From assembly GCA_016179945.1 (NCBI GenBank), contig JACPCE010000001.1, forward strand, positions 9,202 through 73,201: 64,000 nt of DNA, written 5' to 3'. Below, piece by piece: positions 19,019-29,086 of this stretch. Each line of letters begins with the position of its first letter. Positions within the stretch are counted from its first letter, which is position 1. The DNA is from Candidatus Woesearchaeota archaeon (GTDB lineage Archaea > Nanobdellota > Nanobdellia > SCGC-AAA011-G17 > GW2011-AR18). A program made the position numbers and the translations under genes. Under the pieces are notes generated by a model that had not been told where the DNA came from, made no database searches, and saw only the letters and a list, made by a program, of their open reading frames with translations.

Positions 19019-19052
19019 TTAAATTTATGAATTATAGAAATAAACTAAAGAA

Positions 19053-19778
19053 ATGTTAATAGTAAAAAACCTTAGAAAAAAGTACAAAGATTTTCTAGCA
19101 TTAAAAGGAATAAGTTATGAAATAAAAGAAGGTGAAATATTTGGAATTCTTGGGCCAAACGGCGCTGGCAAATCCACAATGATAAAAATCCTCACTTGTT
19201 TCCATAAGCCTACTTCAGGAACTGTAGAAATAAATAAAATATCAATTAAAGAAAAGGATAAAATTAAACAATTGATCGGCTGGGTTCCTCAGGAGGAGAC
19301 ATTTTATACAAATTTAACTGTAAAAGAAAACATAGAATATTTCGGATCATTATATAACATTTCAAGAAAAGAAATAAAATCAAGATCTGAAGAAATATTA
19401 AAATTATTGCAAATAGAAAACAAAACAAACTCTCTCGCAGGATCTTTATCAGGAGGTATGAAAAGAAGGCTTAGCTTAGCTATAGCATTGATACATAATC
19501 CAAAAATTATTTACTTAGACGAACCAACAGCAGGAGTAGATCCAGTTTCAAGAAGAGCATTATGGGAAATAATAAAAAAAATAAAACAAAAAAATATCAC
19601 AATATTATTCTGTACTCATTACTTGGATGAAGCTGAATTATTATGTGATAGAATTGCAATATTAAGATCTGGTGAAATTATAGCAATAGATACGCCGGCA
19701 AAATTGAAGAAAAAATATAAAACACTTGAAGAAGCATTCATAAAGTTGGTTAAATATGAAAATAGAAAAACTAGTTAA
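19053..19778 (+). CDS. ABC transporter ATP-binding protein
   Basis: Walker A GPNGAGKST, signature LSGGMKRRLSLA, Walker B IIYLDEPTAGVD. Confidence 0.9.
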   Translation: MLIVKNLRKKYKDFLALKGISYEIKEGEIFGILGPNGAGKSTMIKILTCFHKPTSGTVEINKISIKEKDKIKQLIGWVPQEETFYTNLTVKENIEYFGSLYNISRKEIKSRSEEILKLLQIENKTNSLAGSLSGGMKRRLSLAIALIHNPKIIYLDEPTAGVDPVSRRALWEIIKKIKQKNITILFCTHYLDEAELLCDRIAILRSGEIIAIDTPAKLKKKYKTLEEAFIKLVKYENRKTS

Positions 19779-21417
19779 AAAAGATTTGAAATTATTCAGT
19801 AGAGATACAAAAACTCTTACTCTTATAATAATTGCTCCAGTAATTATTCTTGTTATTTTAGGAAATGTATTTGGACAAACAACAAGTGCAAAATCATTAG
19901 CAGGTTTAAAACTAGGCCTGTGCAATCTAGATGAAGAATACAAAGAAATAAGCATACCATTGTTTACAATTGAGGATTTAGGCAAAGAGTGCCAAGAAAA
20001 AGCAGAAGACTTGGTAAATGAAGGAAAAATAAGGGCTTCATTATTTATTCCAAAGAATTTTACAAAAAACATCAGAGAAGGATATGGTAGTGAAATAATT
20101 TTGTATGTAGATAATTCTAAGACCCAGACAGCAGTTATGGCCAGTGAATCTATAAAAGCATTGGTTCAAAAATTAAATGAAGATATTGGAACAGACTTTA
20201 TAAGGGGCGCATGGGATAAATTAAGCGATCTTAATAAAAAACTAAAATTTGTAGTAAAAGAAGCAGAATATACAAAAAACCAGACCATCGATATACAAGA
20301 GAAAGTTGCAAATTTACAAAATAATCTAAAAAATATAAGCACTGAAGGTATTGAAAAACAGGTAATAGAAATAAATAAATCTTTAGGTGAATTATCAAAT
20401 ACACAAATAAACATAACTCCTGAAATAAATAACATTACAAAATCGCTGAAAGAAATACACAATACAAACTGCCAGGGAAACATATCTCAAGATCAGTGTT
20501 TAACAATAAACAGCACAATAAACAAGCTAGATATAATAAATGAGAATATTGCAGACAAGGAAAATAAAATCAATCTGGTTCTAAAAAAAATAGATTCAAC
20601 ACAGTTAAATGCAACAGCAGTAAAAATAAATGAGACAAAAACAACAATAAATAAAGAACTAAAAAACATAAATGAAACTTTTTTTAATTATACAAATAAT
20701 TTGATTGAAATTGTTGATGAATTAAATGCAACAACCCAGCTTCTAGATACGTACACATCCAGAGATCCAAAAAACATAGTAAGGGCAGTAACACTAAATG
20801 AAGAAAAAGTATTTGGGGAAAGAACTTACTTTGAGTTTTTGGCTCCTGGAATAATATTGGTTCTTTTATTATTCACAATAATTCTAGTTTCATCATCAAA
20901 TATCGTAAATGAAAGAAAAACAGGTACTTTGGCAAGAACATTGTTAAGCCCAACATCAATACCAACATTTCTTTTGTCAAAAATAATATTCTTTACAATT
21001 ATATGTTTCATAGAAATTATAGTAATGATTATAGTAACAAGGTTATTTGGAGTAAAAATACCGATTAATCTGCAAATTATATTAATTTTCCTTGTATCAA
21101 GTATAAACTTTATAGTTATAGGTTTAATTTTAGGATCTTTATCAAATTCAGAAAATGCTGCATTATTAAGTTCATTAGTAATAGCACTTCCAATGTTTTT
21201 CTTAAGCAATTTGTTTTTCCCATTTGAGATAATGCCAAAATTCATGAAATCAGTAGGTTCTAATCTTCCACTAACATTGAGTATAAATAACATAGATAAA
21301 ATAATCACATACTCAACAAGCATAGAACTATCAGAAGTATTAAAATTAATAATTATTTTCATAGTATTAAGTATATTAACACACCTAATAATTAAAAGAA
21401 AACCAACAGCAGATTGA
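19756..21417 (+). CDS. ABC-2 family transporter permease with a large extracytoplasmic coiled domain
   Basis: N-terminal TM helix, a long N/K-rich extracellular region, then C-terminal ABC-2 TM helices (FLAPGIILVLLLFTIILVSS...). Confidence 0.75.
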   Translation: MKIEKLVKKDLKLFSRDTKTLTLIIIAPVIILVILGNVFGQTTSAKSLAGLKLGLCNLDEEYKEISIPLFTIEDLGKECQEKAEDLVNEGKIRASLFIPKNFTKNIREGYGSEIILYVDNSKTQTAVMASESIKALVQKLNEDIGTDFIRGAWDKLSDLNKKLKFVVKEAEYTKNQTIDIQEKVANLQNNLKNISTEGIEKQVIEINKSLGELSNTQINITPEINNITKSLKEIHNTNCQGNISQDQCLTINSTINKLDIINENIADKENKINLVLKKIDSTQLNATAVKINETKTTINKELKNINETFFNYTNNLIEIVDELNATTQLLDTYTSRDPKNIVRAVTLNEEKVFGERTYFEFLAPGIILVLLLFTIILVSSSNIVNERKTGTLARTLLSPTSIPTFLLSKIIFFTIICFIEIIVMIIVTRLFGVKIPINLQIILIFLVSSINFIVIGLILGSLSNSENAALLSSLVIALPMFFLSNLFFPFEIMPKFMKSVGSNLPLTLSINNIDKIITYSTSIELSEVLKLIIIFIVLSILTHLIIKRKPTAD

Positions 21418-21473
21418 AAATTTTTCAGAAATTCTTGATAAACCTTTTTTAATGTAGTAAACAAAAAATATTT

Positions 21474-22466
21474 ATGAAAAAAATAATCGTTTTATTTTTG
21501 ATCTTAAGTATATTGCCCATAGTATATGCGCATGAAACATGCAACCAGACAAATTCTTCAATTGAAACACTTCCAGAAGGCTATTGTAATGTAGAACTTA
21601 AACTAGAAACAGATAAAGATGAATACAAAAACGGAGAAAAAATAATAATATACAATCAATTAACAAACAAAAGCTATAATTTTACAATAGATTATTGGAT
21701 TGAAGATGATAAGGGAATTGTAATAAAGGAAAAAGTATCAACAGCAAATACAAATAACAAGCAATACACAATAAAACTAAATGAAAGCACAAATATAACA
21801 ATAAAAAACAACTTAAGTTATATTGATTGTATAAATATTAATAACAAAACAAAAAATGAATTAAATTTAAAAGTTTTTGTAGAAAAAGACCCGCAGCCAC
21901 AGTTAACTATAGAAAAAATTTATATTAACAGAACGAAAACAATAAACATAGGAGATAATTTAACTGCAACAATTAAAGTTTACTCAGGCAATAACACAAA
22001 TTACACAATAAAAATATATATAGAAAACTTAACAGAAACCAAAGAATACAAGATATTAGAAAATTTTAGCTATAATATAACAAATACAACAACAGAAATA
22101 CCTTATGATTGCAATATAAAAACAGGAAATTATAATTTCGTAGTTGAATCTAATGATATTTCACTAATGCAAAATTTTACAATCATCAATATATGTGAAA
22201 GCAACTTAACTATTAGAGAAATAAATGAGTCAAGTAACAGCACTTATGAATCAAATTCATCCGAAAGCATTATAAATGTTGTTGGAAACACATTAACTGG
22301 TAGAACAATTTATGAATCTGCAAATGTAAAAGCAAAAGACATAGCAGTTTATTTATTCATGGTTGTTCTTGCTGCAATTACAATACTTATAATTATATCA
22401 AATAAAAACACAGATAAATCACTAAAAAAATCAACAGAAAAATGGTCTTCACAATTAGAGCAATAA
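21474..22466 (+). CDS. Asn-rich secreted surface protein with many N-glycosylation sequons and a C-terminal TM anchor
   Basis: Signal peptide MKKIIVLFLILSILPIVYA. About 30 N-x-S/T sequons. A C-terminal hydrophobic helix VYLFMVVLAAITILIII. Confidence 0.6.
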   Translation: MKKIIVLFLILSILPIVYAHETCNQTNSSIETLPEGYCNVELKLETDKDEYKNGEKIIIYNQLTNKSYNFTIDYWIEDDKGIVIKEKVSTANTNNKQYTIKLNESTNITIKNNLSYIDCININNKTKNELNLKVFVEKDPQPQLTIEKIYINRTKTINIGDNLTATIKVYSGNNTNYTIKIYIENLTETKEYKILENFSYNITNTTTEIPYDCNIKTGNYNFVVESNDISLMQNFTIINICESNLTIREINESSNSTYESNSSESIINVVGNTLTGRTIYESANVKAKDIAVYLFMVVLAAITILIIISNKNTDKSLKKSTEKWSSQLEQ

Positions 22467-22852
22467 TAGAAGTTTTGGGTTTCCCAGAAGAGCATGTAAA
22501 AGAAGTAACCCAAAAAGTTGTAGAAAAAATTAAATCAGAAGACAGAATAAATTTAATAAACAGCAAAATTAGCGAGCCAGAAAAAGTCAAGGAAAAGTTC
22601 TTTTCTTGTTTTGCAGAATTAGAAATGAAAATTCATGACTTCAGTAAACTACTTGGATTTTGTTTTGATTACCTGCCTTCATCATTGGAAATATTAGACA
22701 CAGAGAAAATAACAATTCCAGCAAGAGAATTTCACTTGGCAATAAGCGAAATACTTGATATTCTTCACAATTATAATATTACAGTAAACAATCTATCGGC
22801 CAGATTAAAACATTTAGAAAAAAATGAAGTAACTAAGACTGACGCTTCCTGA
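22442..22852 (+). CDS. Hypothetical protein
   Basis: 136-aa ORF with no motif I recognise. Confidence 0.35.
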   Translation: MVFTIRAIIEVLGFPEEHVKEVTQKVVEKIKSEDRINLINSKISEPEKVKEKFFSCFAELEMKIHDFSKLLGFCFDYLPSSLEILDTEKITIPAREFHLAISEILDILHNYNITVNNLSARLKHLEKNEVTKTDAS

Positions 22853-24164
22853 CGCTTTCAACAAAAGTTTCAAATTGTTCTTTCTTTCCTCTAGTTTTCT
22901 TGTACACAAAATAAATTACAAACAAAAAAACAAAAATAATGACTGAAAAAATAATCCAAATAGTAAAATTAGTTTCTTCTTCAGCCTTAATTAGATGAGA
23001 AACATTAGTAACAGGAACATTACTCACATTTGTAATATTAGAAATAATCTTCTTAATAGCAGAACCACTGACTATAACATTTATCTGTATAGAAATATTT
23101 AGCCCTTCTACACTTTTTATATTTAAAAAACCGCTATAGTCGCCTGGAACAAATTCATAACTGTCATTCAGGCCTAATAAAATAAAACTACTAGCATTAT
23201 CGCTTAAAGAACCAATAGCAACAGGCTCTAAATTAAACATACTTATAATATTTCCAGTGAAGGAAGATCTTAACCCATGCAAATCAACTCCAGCATTATT
23301 GTTAACAACTATCTGTCCTGGTGGATAATATTCGCCCACCATCACATCCACGTCTAAATTATTGATTGGTTTGCCTGACAAAGTCGTCAAATACAAACCG
23401 CTGTAATTAACTTCATAAAAAGATTTGTTAGTTTGTATTATGTTTGCCTCTGGTTTCTTTTGTTCAATAAAACCACTCCTGAAAACGAAAAAAGGAATAA
23501 CATAATTATTAGAAAAATAATCTACTTTAATGCTTCCATTAAAACTAGCTTCATCTTTATTAAATAAAGAAGTTATAATATTGACATTTCTAGTTGAACC
23601 TGGAGCTAAAACAAATTTATTTATATCAAAATCAAAAAACTCTCCTTCCTTAAATAAATTAATATTAACAACATCCATGCCTTTGTTTGTAATAACTAAA
23701 GTGAAAGGCGCTTCTTGCTTTCCAAAAGTATTAAACAAAACATAAGCAGGACGAATGCTGATTATCTGTGTATTTCCATCCGCAACAACTAAACTAGTAA
23801 AAAATTTTCCAATTTTAAAACTACCTTCTTTTATATAATTAACATTAATCAATCCCAAATTGTATTGTCCGGAACTCAAATTAGGTAAATCAAAATAATA
23901 AACATAAAAATTGTCGTTTACTTTTACAATATTTCTTGCAATTGAAATTGAATTATTATTCTGATCAAGCAAAGCAAGATTTGAAGCATCTAAAGGTTTG
24001 TTCAAAGAAATATTAGTTAAAGTAACATCAATTCTAACAGTTTCAAAAGGATTGTAGTTATTACGATGTAAATTAAAAGCTACTTCATCTGAATAAGCAA
24101 AATTTGCAATTAGAAAAACAAACAAAAAAATTACAACAATCCTTGAAATAATTTTATAAAACAT
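22833..24164 (-). CDS. Surface protein (signal peptide, beta-rich, C-terminal TM anchor)
   Basis: N-terminal hydrophobic helix, many N-x-T/S sites, C-terminal TM IWIIFSVIIFVFLFVIYFVY followed by a basic tail. Confidence 0.55.
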   Translation of the reverse strand: MFYKIISRIVVIFLFVFLIANFAYSDEVAFNLHRNNYNPFETVRIDVTLTNISLNKPLDASNLALLDQNNNSISIARNIVKVNDNFYVYYFDLPNLSSGQYNLGLINVNYIKEGSFKIGKFFTSLVVADGNTQIISIRPAYVLFNTFGKQEAPFTLVITNKGMDVVNINLFKEGEFFDFDINKFVLAPGSTRNVNIITSLFNKDEASFNGSIKVDYFSNNYVIPFFVFRSGFIEQKKPEANIIQTNKSFYEVNYSGLYLTTLSGKPINNLDVDVMVGEYYPPGQIVVNNNAGVDLHGLRSSFTGNIISMFNLEPVAIGSLSDNASSFILLGLNDSYEFVPGDYSGFLNIKSVEGLNISIQINVIVSGSAIKKIISNITNVSNVPVTNVSHLIKAEEETNFTIWIIFSVIIFVFLFVIYFVYKKTRGKKEQFETFVESVRKRQS

Positions 24165-24171
24165 ACCATAA

Positions 24172-25968
24172 CTAACCTTTAAGTAATTTTTCAGCCTCTC
24201 TCATAGATTTTTCTAGTTCTTCCTCTTCTTTTGATTTTGCTTTTGCCATTGGCTTTGCTGGCTGAGTAGATTTTTGGACAGGTCTAGCTTGTGTAAGAGG
24301 TCTTTGTGGCTGAATAGGTTTAAACTCAGCCTGTCTCCTAAAATCCTCAAAAGAAGGCCCTTTTGGTTTTTTCTTAAATAAATTCTTTAAATCTATTTTT
24401 CCAGTTTTAACATATTTAACATAGAAGAAATAACCTCCGCCTATTAAAACCAAAATTATAATCAACCATAGCCACCACAAACTTCCTTCTTCTTCCTCAG
24501 TTACTTCAGGTTCTGTTTTTTCTTGAGGTTCTTCCTTTGCTGGCTCAGTAATATCATCTTCCTTAATTTCTTCTTCGCATGCTTGTGGACAGCTTCCTCC
24601 GCAATCTATTCCATTTTCATCTCCATCCTTGATATTATTAACGCACTGGCAGACAGGATCGCTCAAACATTCTTTCTCAGCACAATCATCAGCACCATCA
24701 TGATCATCATCAACACCATTTCCACAAACCTCAACGTCACTGATAGGAACAGTGCCTCCACTTACTACAAATCTAGATAACTCACCGCCATGTAAAGCAA
24801 TCAAAGCCCAAGATGTGGACTCAACATTACTATTCCAGCTTCCATCTTTTCCCACTTTAGTAACTAAATAAGAAATGCCTTTAGCCACAGAATCAGACTT
24901 GTCACTTCCTGTTAAACCAAAACTAGCAATCGAAGTTGTAGTTATATCTCCTCCCCAGCTTCCATCAGTCAATCTTTGTAATTTAACTAAGCCAGAAATA
25001 AAAGAAGGGCCAGAACTTCCTGATTTTATTAAAATACGATTCAATAAACCTAAAGCGATAGGATCATTACTTTTAGTTATTGCCTGATTCTCAAGGTATA
25101 TGTGTGTTCCTATATTCTCCAAAGATAAATCTTGACTTCCAGTAATAGAAGCAATCTCAAGCAAAGCCCAAGTAGCATAAGCAGTACTGTCATAACTGCA
25201 AGAACTGGCAGGAACTTGATTTCCATAACATGCATTAGCAACTTTTAATTGTAAATTAGCTGCAGGATCACTTCTTTGAATAAAAAAAGTATTTGGATTT
25301 GGCTTGTAAATTAATGTTATTATAGAATTTAAACCAGGATCACAACCAACAGTAATCTCAGGCTGTACTGCTGTCTTAAGTGTAGGACTTAATTCATTCA
25401 AGTTTATATAATATTGTCCAGAAGTAAATCCTCCTTTCGCTAATTTAATTTTATCATCTTGTAAGTCAAAAGTTTTGCTTCCTCCTTTGTAAGAAAACTG
25501 GCATGAACCGTTTGCATTAGCTCCTGATTTAACTACAACCCACCATTCACCAGTACTTAATGCAGGTATTTTAGCATTTTTTAACCAAGCAACTTCTTTA
25601 GTAACGTCCTGTCCTGCTAAAGCTAAAGCTAAAGCTGCCAAGGCAGTATCTTTAACCTTGCAAGCACCATTTGGCCAGCAGTTATTAATACGATCCTCAG
25701 AGTCCTTCAAGGCTTCAATTAAACCAGCCATTTCACCTTGTGAATTTTGCAGTAAAGAAATTGTAGAAAGTGCTCTTTGATCAACAGAAAAAGTAGCATT
25801 CTTTACTTTAGTATACAACCACCCGTAAGATTTAGCCTGATCATATCCTAATTGAGTAGTTTGAGTAACTGAAGTGTCAGTAGTTGTATCATTTTGGCTA
25901 TAAACAAAAGAAGCAAGAATTAACAAAAGTAGAATTATAAATATAAAGAACCTTTCACCTCTTGCCAT
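24172..25968 (-). CDS. Secreted membrane-anchored protein with prenyltransferase/terpene-cyclase-like alpha/alpha-toroid repeats and a Cys-rich stalk
   Basis: Signal peptide. Repeats of the Q-x-x-DGSW type (QRLTDGSWGG, KDGSWNSN). Cys-rich CGNGVDDDHDGADDCAEKECLSDPVCQC. A TM helix WWLWLIIILVLIGGGYFFYV. A Lys-rich cytoplasmic tail. Confidence 0.55.
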   Translation of the reverse strand: MARGERFFIFIILLLLILASFVYSQNDTTTDTSVTQTTQLGYDQAKSYGWLYTKVKNATFSVDQRALSTISLLQNSQGEMAGLIEALKDSEDRINNCWPNGACKVKDTALAALALALAGQDVTKEVAWLKNAKIPALSTGEWWVVVKSGANANGSCQFSYKGGSKTFDLQDDKIKLAKGGFTSGQYYINLNELSPTLKTAVQPEITVGCDPGLNSIITLIYKPNPNTFFIQRSDPAANLQLKVANACYGNQVPASSCSYDSTAYATWALLEIASITGSQDLSLENIGTHIYLENQAITKSNDPIALGLLNRILIKSGSSGPSFISGLVKLQRLTDGSWGGDITTTSIASFGLTGSDKSDSVAKGISYLVTKVGKDGSWNSNVESTSWALIALHGGELSRFVVSGGTVPISDVEVCGNGVDDDHDGADDCAEKECLSDPVCQCVNNIKDGDENGIDCGGSCPQACEEEIKEDDITEPAKEEPQEKTEPEVTEEEEGSLWWLWLIIILVLIGGGYFFYVKYVKTGKIDLKNLFKKKPKGPSFEDFRRQAEFKPIQPQRPLTQARPVQKSTQPAKPMAKAKSKEEEELEKSMREAEKLLKG

Positions 25969-25985
25969 GAATTTATTCAGAACAA

Positions 25986-26516
25986 TTGGTTTATAAATAT
26001 TTCTATCAACTTATGCTTATGCTGCCTAAAAAGCTCTTAAAATACAATCCACAAATATTTGCAAAAGGAAAAAGGGGTTTAATTTACACTTTTAAGAAAA
26101 ATAACAAATTATATGCAGTAAAAATTAAAAATCCGGAATCAAAAGCAGAAAACAGAATACAAAACGAAATTAATTTTTTAAAAATCTTAAATAAATATAA
26201 AATTGGACCAAAAATAATAGAGTTTAATGAAGGTTATTTTTATTATGAATTTATTGAAGGAAAAACATTAAAAGAATTTCTTAAAGTAAATAAAAATCCT
26301 GAAAAAATTTTTGGAGAAATAATAAGGCAGTGTAAAATTCTTGATAATTTAAAAATAAACAAAGAAGAAATGCACAAACCGCTAAAAAATATTATAATAA
26401 AAAATAATAAAGTTATAATGTTAGACTTTGAAAGATGTCATTTTACAGCAAGGCCAAAAAACTTTAACCAATTCAAGCAGTTTTTAAGAAGAACAGATAC
26501 TAATCTCTTACAGTAG
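25986..26516 (+). CDS. Small atypical protein kinase (Bud32/RIO-like minimal kinase)
   Basis: IFAKGKRGLIY is Gly-loop-like. LYAVKIK carries the VAIK lysine. HKPLKNIIIKNNKVIMLDFERCHF resembles the Bud32 catalytic and DFG region. Confidence 0.45.
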   Translation: MVYKYFYQLMLMLPKKLLKYNPQIFAKGKRGLIYTFKKNNKLYAVKIKNPESKAENRIQNEINFLKILNKYKIGPKIIEFNEGYFYYEFIEGKTLKEFLKVNKNPEKIFGEIIRQCKILDNLKINKEEMHKPLKNIIIKNNKVIMLDFERCHFTARPKNFNQFKQFLRRTDTNLLQ

Positions 26517-27468
26517 TAATTTCATAGTTAAAATCATATTTCACACTAGATCTTTTAATTAGTCCCAAAAGAGAAGCCCTACTCAAATCACCTTCAACTT
26601 CCAATAAATATTGGATCCTTTTAGATTTTAAAGGATTAAAAACTTTAACTTTTATACCACAGCCATTACTCCTACCGTAAGTTCTTAGAATGTTTGCAAC
26701 ACAACGCACTACACCAAAACCATCTAAATTTTTAAGGGTTATTTGATAAAATCTATGTGTTTTCAGGTCTTCTTCAAGCCTAAGTGCAGATCCTAAAATT
26801 TTTGATTCTAAAAATTTGCGAAAAAGAACCTCATTATCTGAAGGTCTTTCAAAAGAAGTTTCTAAATTATAACGTCCATTCAATGTTCTTTCTAACAACC
26901 CTATATATAATTCCCTTTCAGAAGGCAAAATAAGGGCCGGAGGATAACTGTGTTCTTCTAGAAAATAAGACTGTAATAATCTAGCAGCTCTGCCATTTCC
27001 ATCAATATAAGGATGAATTCTTACTAATTCTATATGTGCTTCAATAGAACGAGATACAGGATGTAATTGCTCTTTATTGAGAAAAGCAACAAGATCAAGA
27101 ACAAGTCTAGCAATATTTTCATAACCAACAGGAGGAGAAAACGGTCCAAATTGAACAGCAGTATTTCTAAATTGTGGTACTTTATTTATTTCTGGTTCTA
27201 CTAAATTTCCTAGCCTTGCAATTGAAGATAAACTAATGCCTTTACCACAAAGATAATCCCAAGCTGCTTTTAAATTCCGTAGATCTGCCCTCAACTTATT
27301 TTTTGTTCCCTTGCTATTACTAAGATCCAATTCCATAGAAACAGAGTGTCTAGATGCCTCACATAACAAAGTATTATAACCCTTATATCTAAGTTTTCTA
27401 GAATATTCTGGATGTGAATTTATTCTTTCTACGGTTTCATCTATCCTGCTTATCATATCTCTTGTCAT
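26500..27468 (-). CDS. Fic/Fido-domain protein (putative AMPylase or related NMP-transferase)
   Basis: The canonical Fic motif HPYIDGNGRAARLL (HxFx[D/E]GNGR). Confidence 0.85.
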   Translation of the reverse strand: MTRDMISRIDETVERINSHPEYSRKLRYKGYNTLLCEASRHSVSMELDLSNSKGTKNKLRADLRNLKAAWDYLCGKGISLSSIARLGNLVEPEINKVPQFRNTAVQFGPFSPPVGYENIARLVLDLVAFLNKEQLHPVSRSIEAHIELVRIHPYIDGNGRAARLLQSYFLEEHSYPPALILPSERELYIGLLERTLNGRYNLETSFERPSDNEVLFRKFLESKILGSALRLEEDLKTHRFYQITLKNLDGFGVVRCVANILRTYGRSNGCGIKVKVFNPLKSKRIQYLLEVEGDLSRASLLGLIKRSSVKYDFNYEITTVRD

Positions 27469-27604
27469 ATTTAATCTATTTTTATGCTAAATAATTATAA
27501 TTACTAATAAGTAGTACCTATTTAAGATTTTTGTAAATATTATAACAGTAATTTCACCCCTATTTAATAACAACATTTATATAGTTTTAAATGTATTTAT
27601 TCTT

Positions 27605-29083
27605 ATGAACCAATTACAAGACAAGTTAAAAGGAATGTATATTGGAGCAATATTAGGTGATGCTCTTGGCAGACCTATAGAATTTCTAGATAGGTGTACT
27701 ATAAGAAGAAAATTTGGTTCTGCTAAAAGTTATATTAGAAGATTTAGGGATATAGATAAAAATAAAACAAGTGATGAAACATCACTTTTAGTTAATAGTA
27801 TAGGTTATTTTAACAATCCAGAAGAAAGTTACCAAGCACATTTAGGAAGATTAGCAGAAAGGGGTGAAGATTATTTAAGAGAAAGAGGGTTTTCAGCAAA
27901 AATGAGGGCATTAATACATCATTATAGAGAACACCCAAGAGAACAAAACCCCCACACAGATAATACTGGAAGTGGGTTTGTTCCAATGTGTTTGCCACTA
28001 ATAGCACAAACAAACTCGATAATAGCACAAACAAACTCGATAGAAAATTTAACTGCAGATTTATATACAATAATGGATTTAACCCATAGAGAAGCTGATA
28101 AATTATGGGCTTCTCACTACTTTAGAGCTTTATTTGCAACACTTAAAGAAGAATCTATATTTACAGCCATGGGTAAGCCAGGTTTAGAAGAATTATCTCG
28201 TCAGAAAGAACTAAGACTTGTTTTATCAGGAAACATCGAAGCAACGCCAAAAAAAATAGATGGATCAGCAAATAATATATTACCTACAGCACTAAGTCTA
28301 TATGTTGCTTCTGGTTGTGATTTTTACAAAATGTTAGATTTGTCTTTCTCTCAATTTGATACTGCAGATTATGATACATTATTTTTCTGTGTTGGCGCCT
28401 TAATAGGGGCAAGCAGAGGATACAAAGGTTTACCAAGAGATTTATTAGACAAAATTGAAGGTGAAATTGATGTTAATGGAATTGATGTTTATGTAAGGAA
28501 AAGTAGTTTAACTAAAGAAAATATAATTACATCAGAGAGAACAAAAAAACTTCAAATGTTACTTTCTAATGAAGATATTCTTGAAGAAGAACCAACAGAA
28601 TTAATCGAAGTCATTCCAGAATTGAGCCTAGAAAGAAGTTATAATTCAAGACAGCCAAGACATTGCTACGATTTATTAGAACATACATTAAGAACAGTTC
28701 AAGCAATACCAAAAGAAGATTATGTTTTAAGATTAGCTGCACTACTTCATGATGTCGCTAAACCATTCGTACGTGGAGAAAAAGAAGGTCGTGTTCATTA
28801 TCATAATCATGCAAAATGTGGCGCCAGAATGAGTTACAACATACTAAGTCGCTTAGGTTTCCCAGAAGAAGAAAAAGAAGTTGTCTGCAAACTAATAGAA
28901 GAACATATAATTAATTATAATAAAAACTGGTCTGATGCTGCAGTTAGGCGTTTTGTAAAAAGAAATTGTGATATTTTAGAAAAACTTTTTAGATTAGTAA
29001 AAGCTGATAACTCAGCCCAATTAAAAGACCCAAGAAGAGGGTATGACGAACTCACAGAAAGAATTGCAAGTTTAAGTAGTTGA
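27605..29083 (+). CDS. ADP-ribosylglycohydrolase (ARH/DraG-like) fused to a C-terminal HD-domain phosphohydrolase
   Basis: N-terminal MYIGAILGDALGRPIEF is the ARH signature. C-terminal HD motifs ...LAALLHDVAKPF...HYHNHAKCGA...LIEEH resemble the HD domain of the CCA-adding enzyme. An in-frame 21-bp tandem duplication lies at 28001-28042. Confidence 0.75.
   Translation: MNQLQDKLKGMYIGAILGDALGRPIEFLDRCTIRRKFGSAKSYIRRFRDIDKNKTSDETSLLVNSIGYFNNPEESYQAHLGRLAERGEDYLRERGFSAKMRALIHHYREHPREQNPHTDNTGSGFVPMCLPLIAQTNSIIAQTNSIENLTADLYTIMDLTHREADKLWASHYFRALFATLKEESIFTAMGKPGLEELSRQKELRLVLSGNIEATPKKIDGSANNILPTALSLYVASGCDFYKMLDLSFSQFDTADYDTLFFCVGALIGASRGYKGLPRDLLDKIEGEIDVNGIDVYVRKSSLTKENIITSERTKKLQMLLSNEDILEEEPTELIEVIPELSLERSYNSRQPRHCYDLLEHTLRTVQAIPKEDYVLRLAALLHDVAKPFVRGEKEGRVHYHNHAKCGARMSYNILSRLGFPEEEKEVVCKLIEEHIINYNKNWSDAAVRRFVKRNCDILEKLFRLVKADNSAQLKDPRRGYDELTERIASLSS
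28001..28042 (+). repeat. Perfect 21-bp tandem duplication (atagcacaaacaaactcgata x2) encoding IAQTNSI x2 inside the ARH domain
   Basis: Read directly from the sequence. Confidence 0.9.
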
Positions 29084-29086
29084 TTG

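Noticed and set aside
28001-28042. Possible CRISPR-like or minisatellite repeat
   Set aside because: There are only two copies. It is in-frame coding with no spacers. No CRISPR array exists anywhere in the window.
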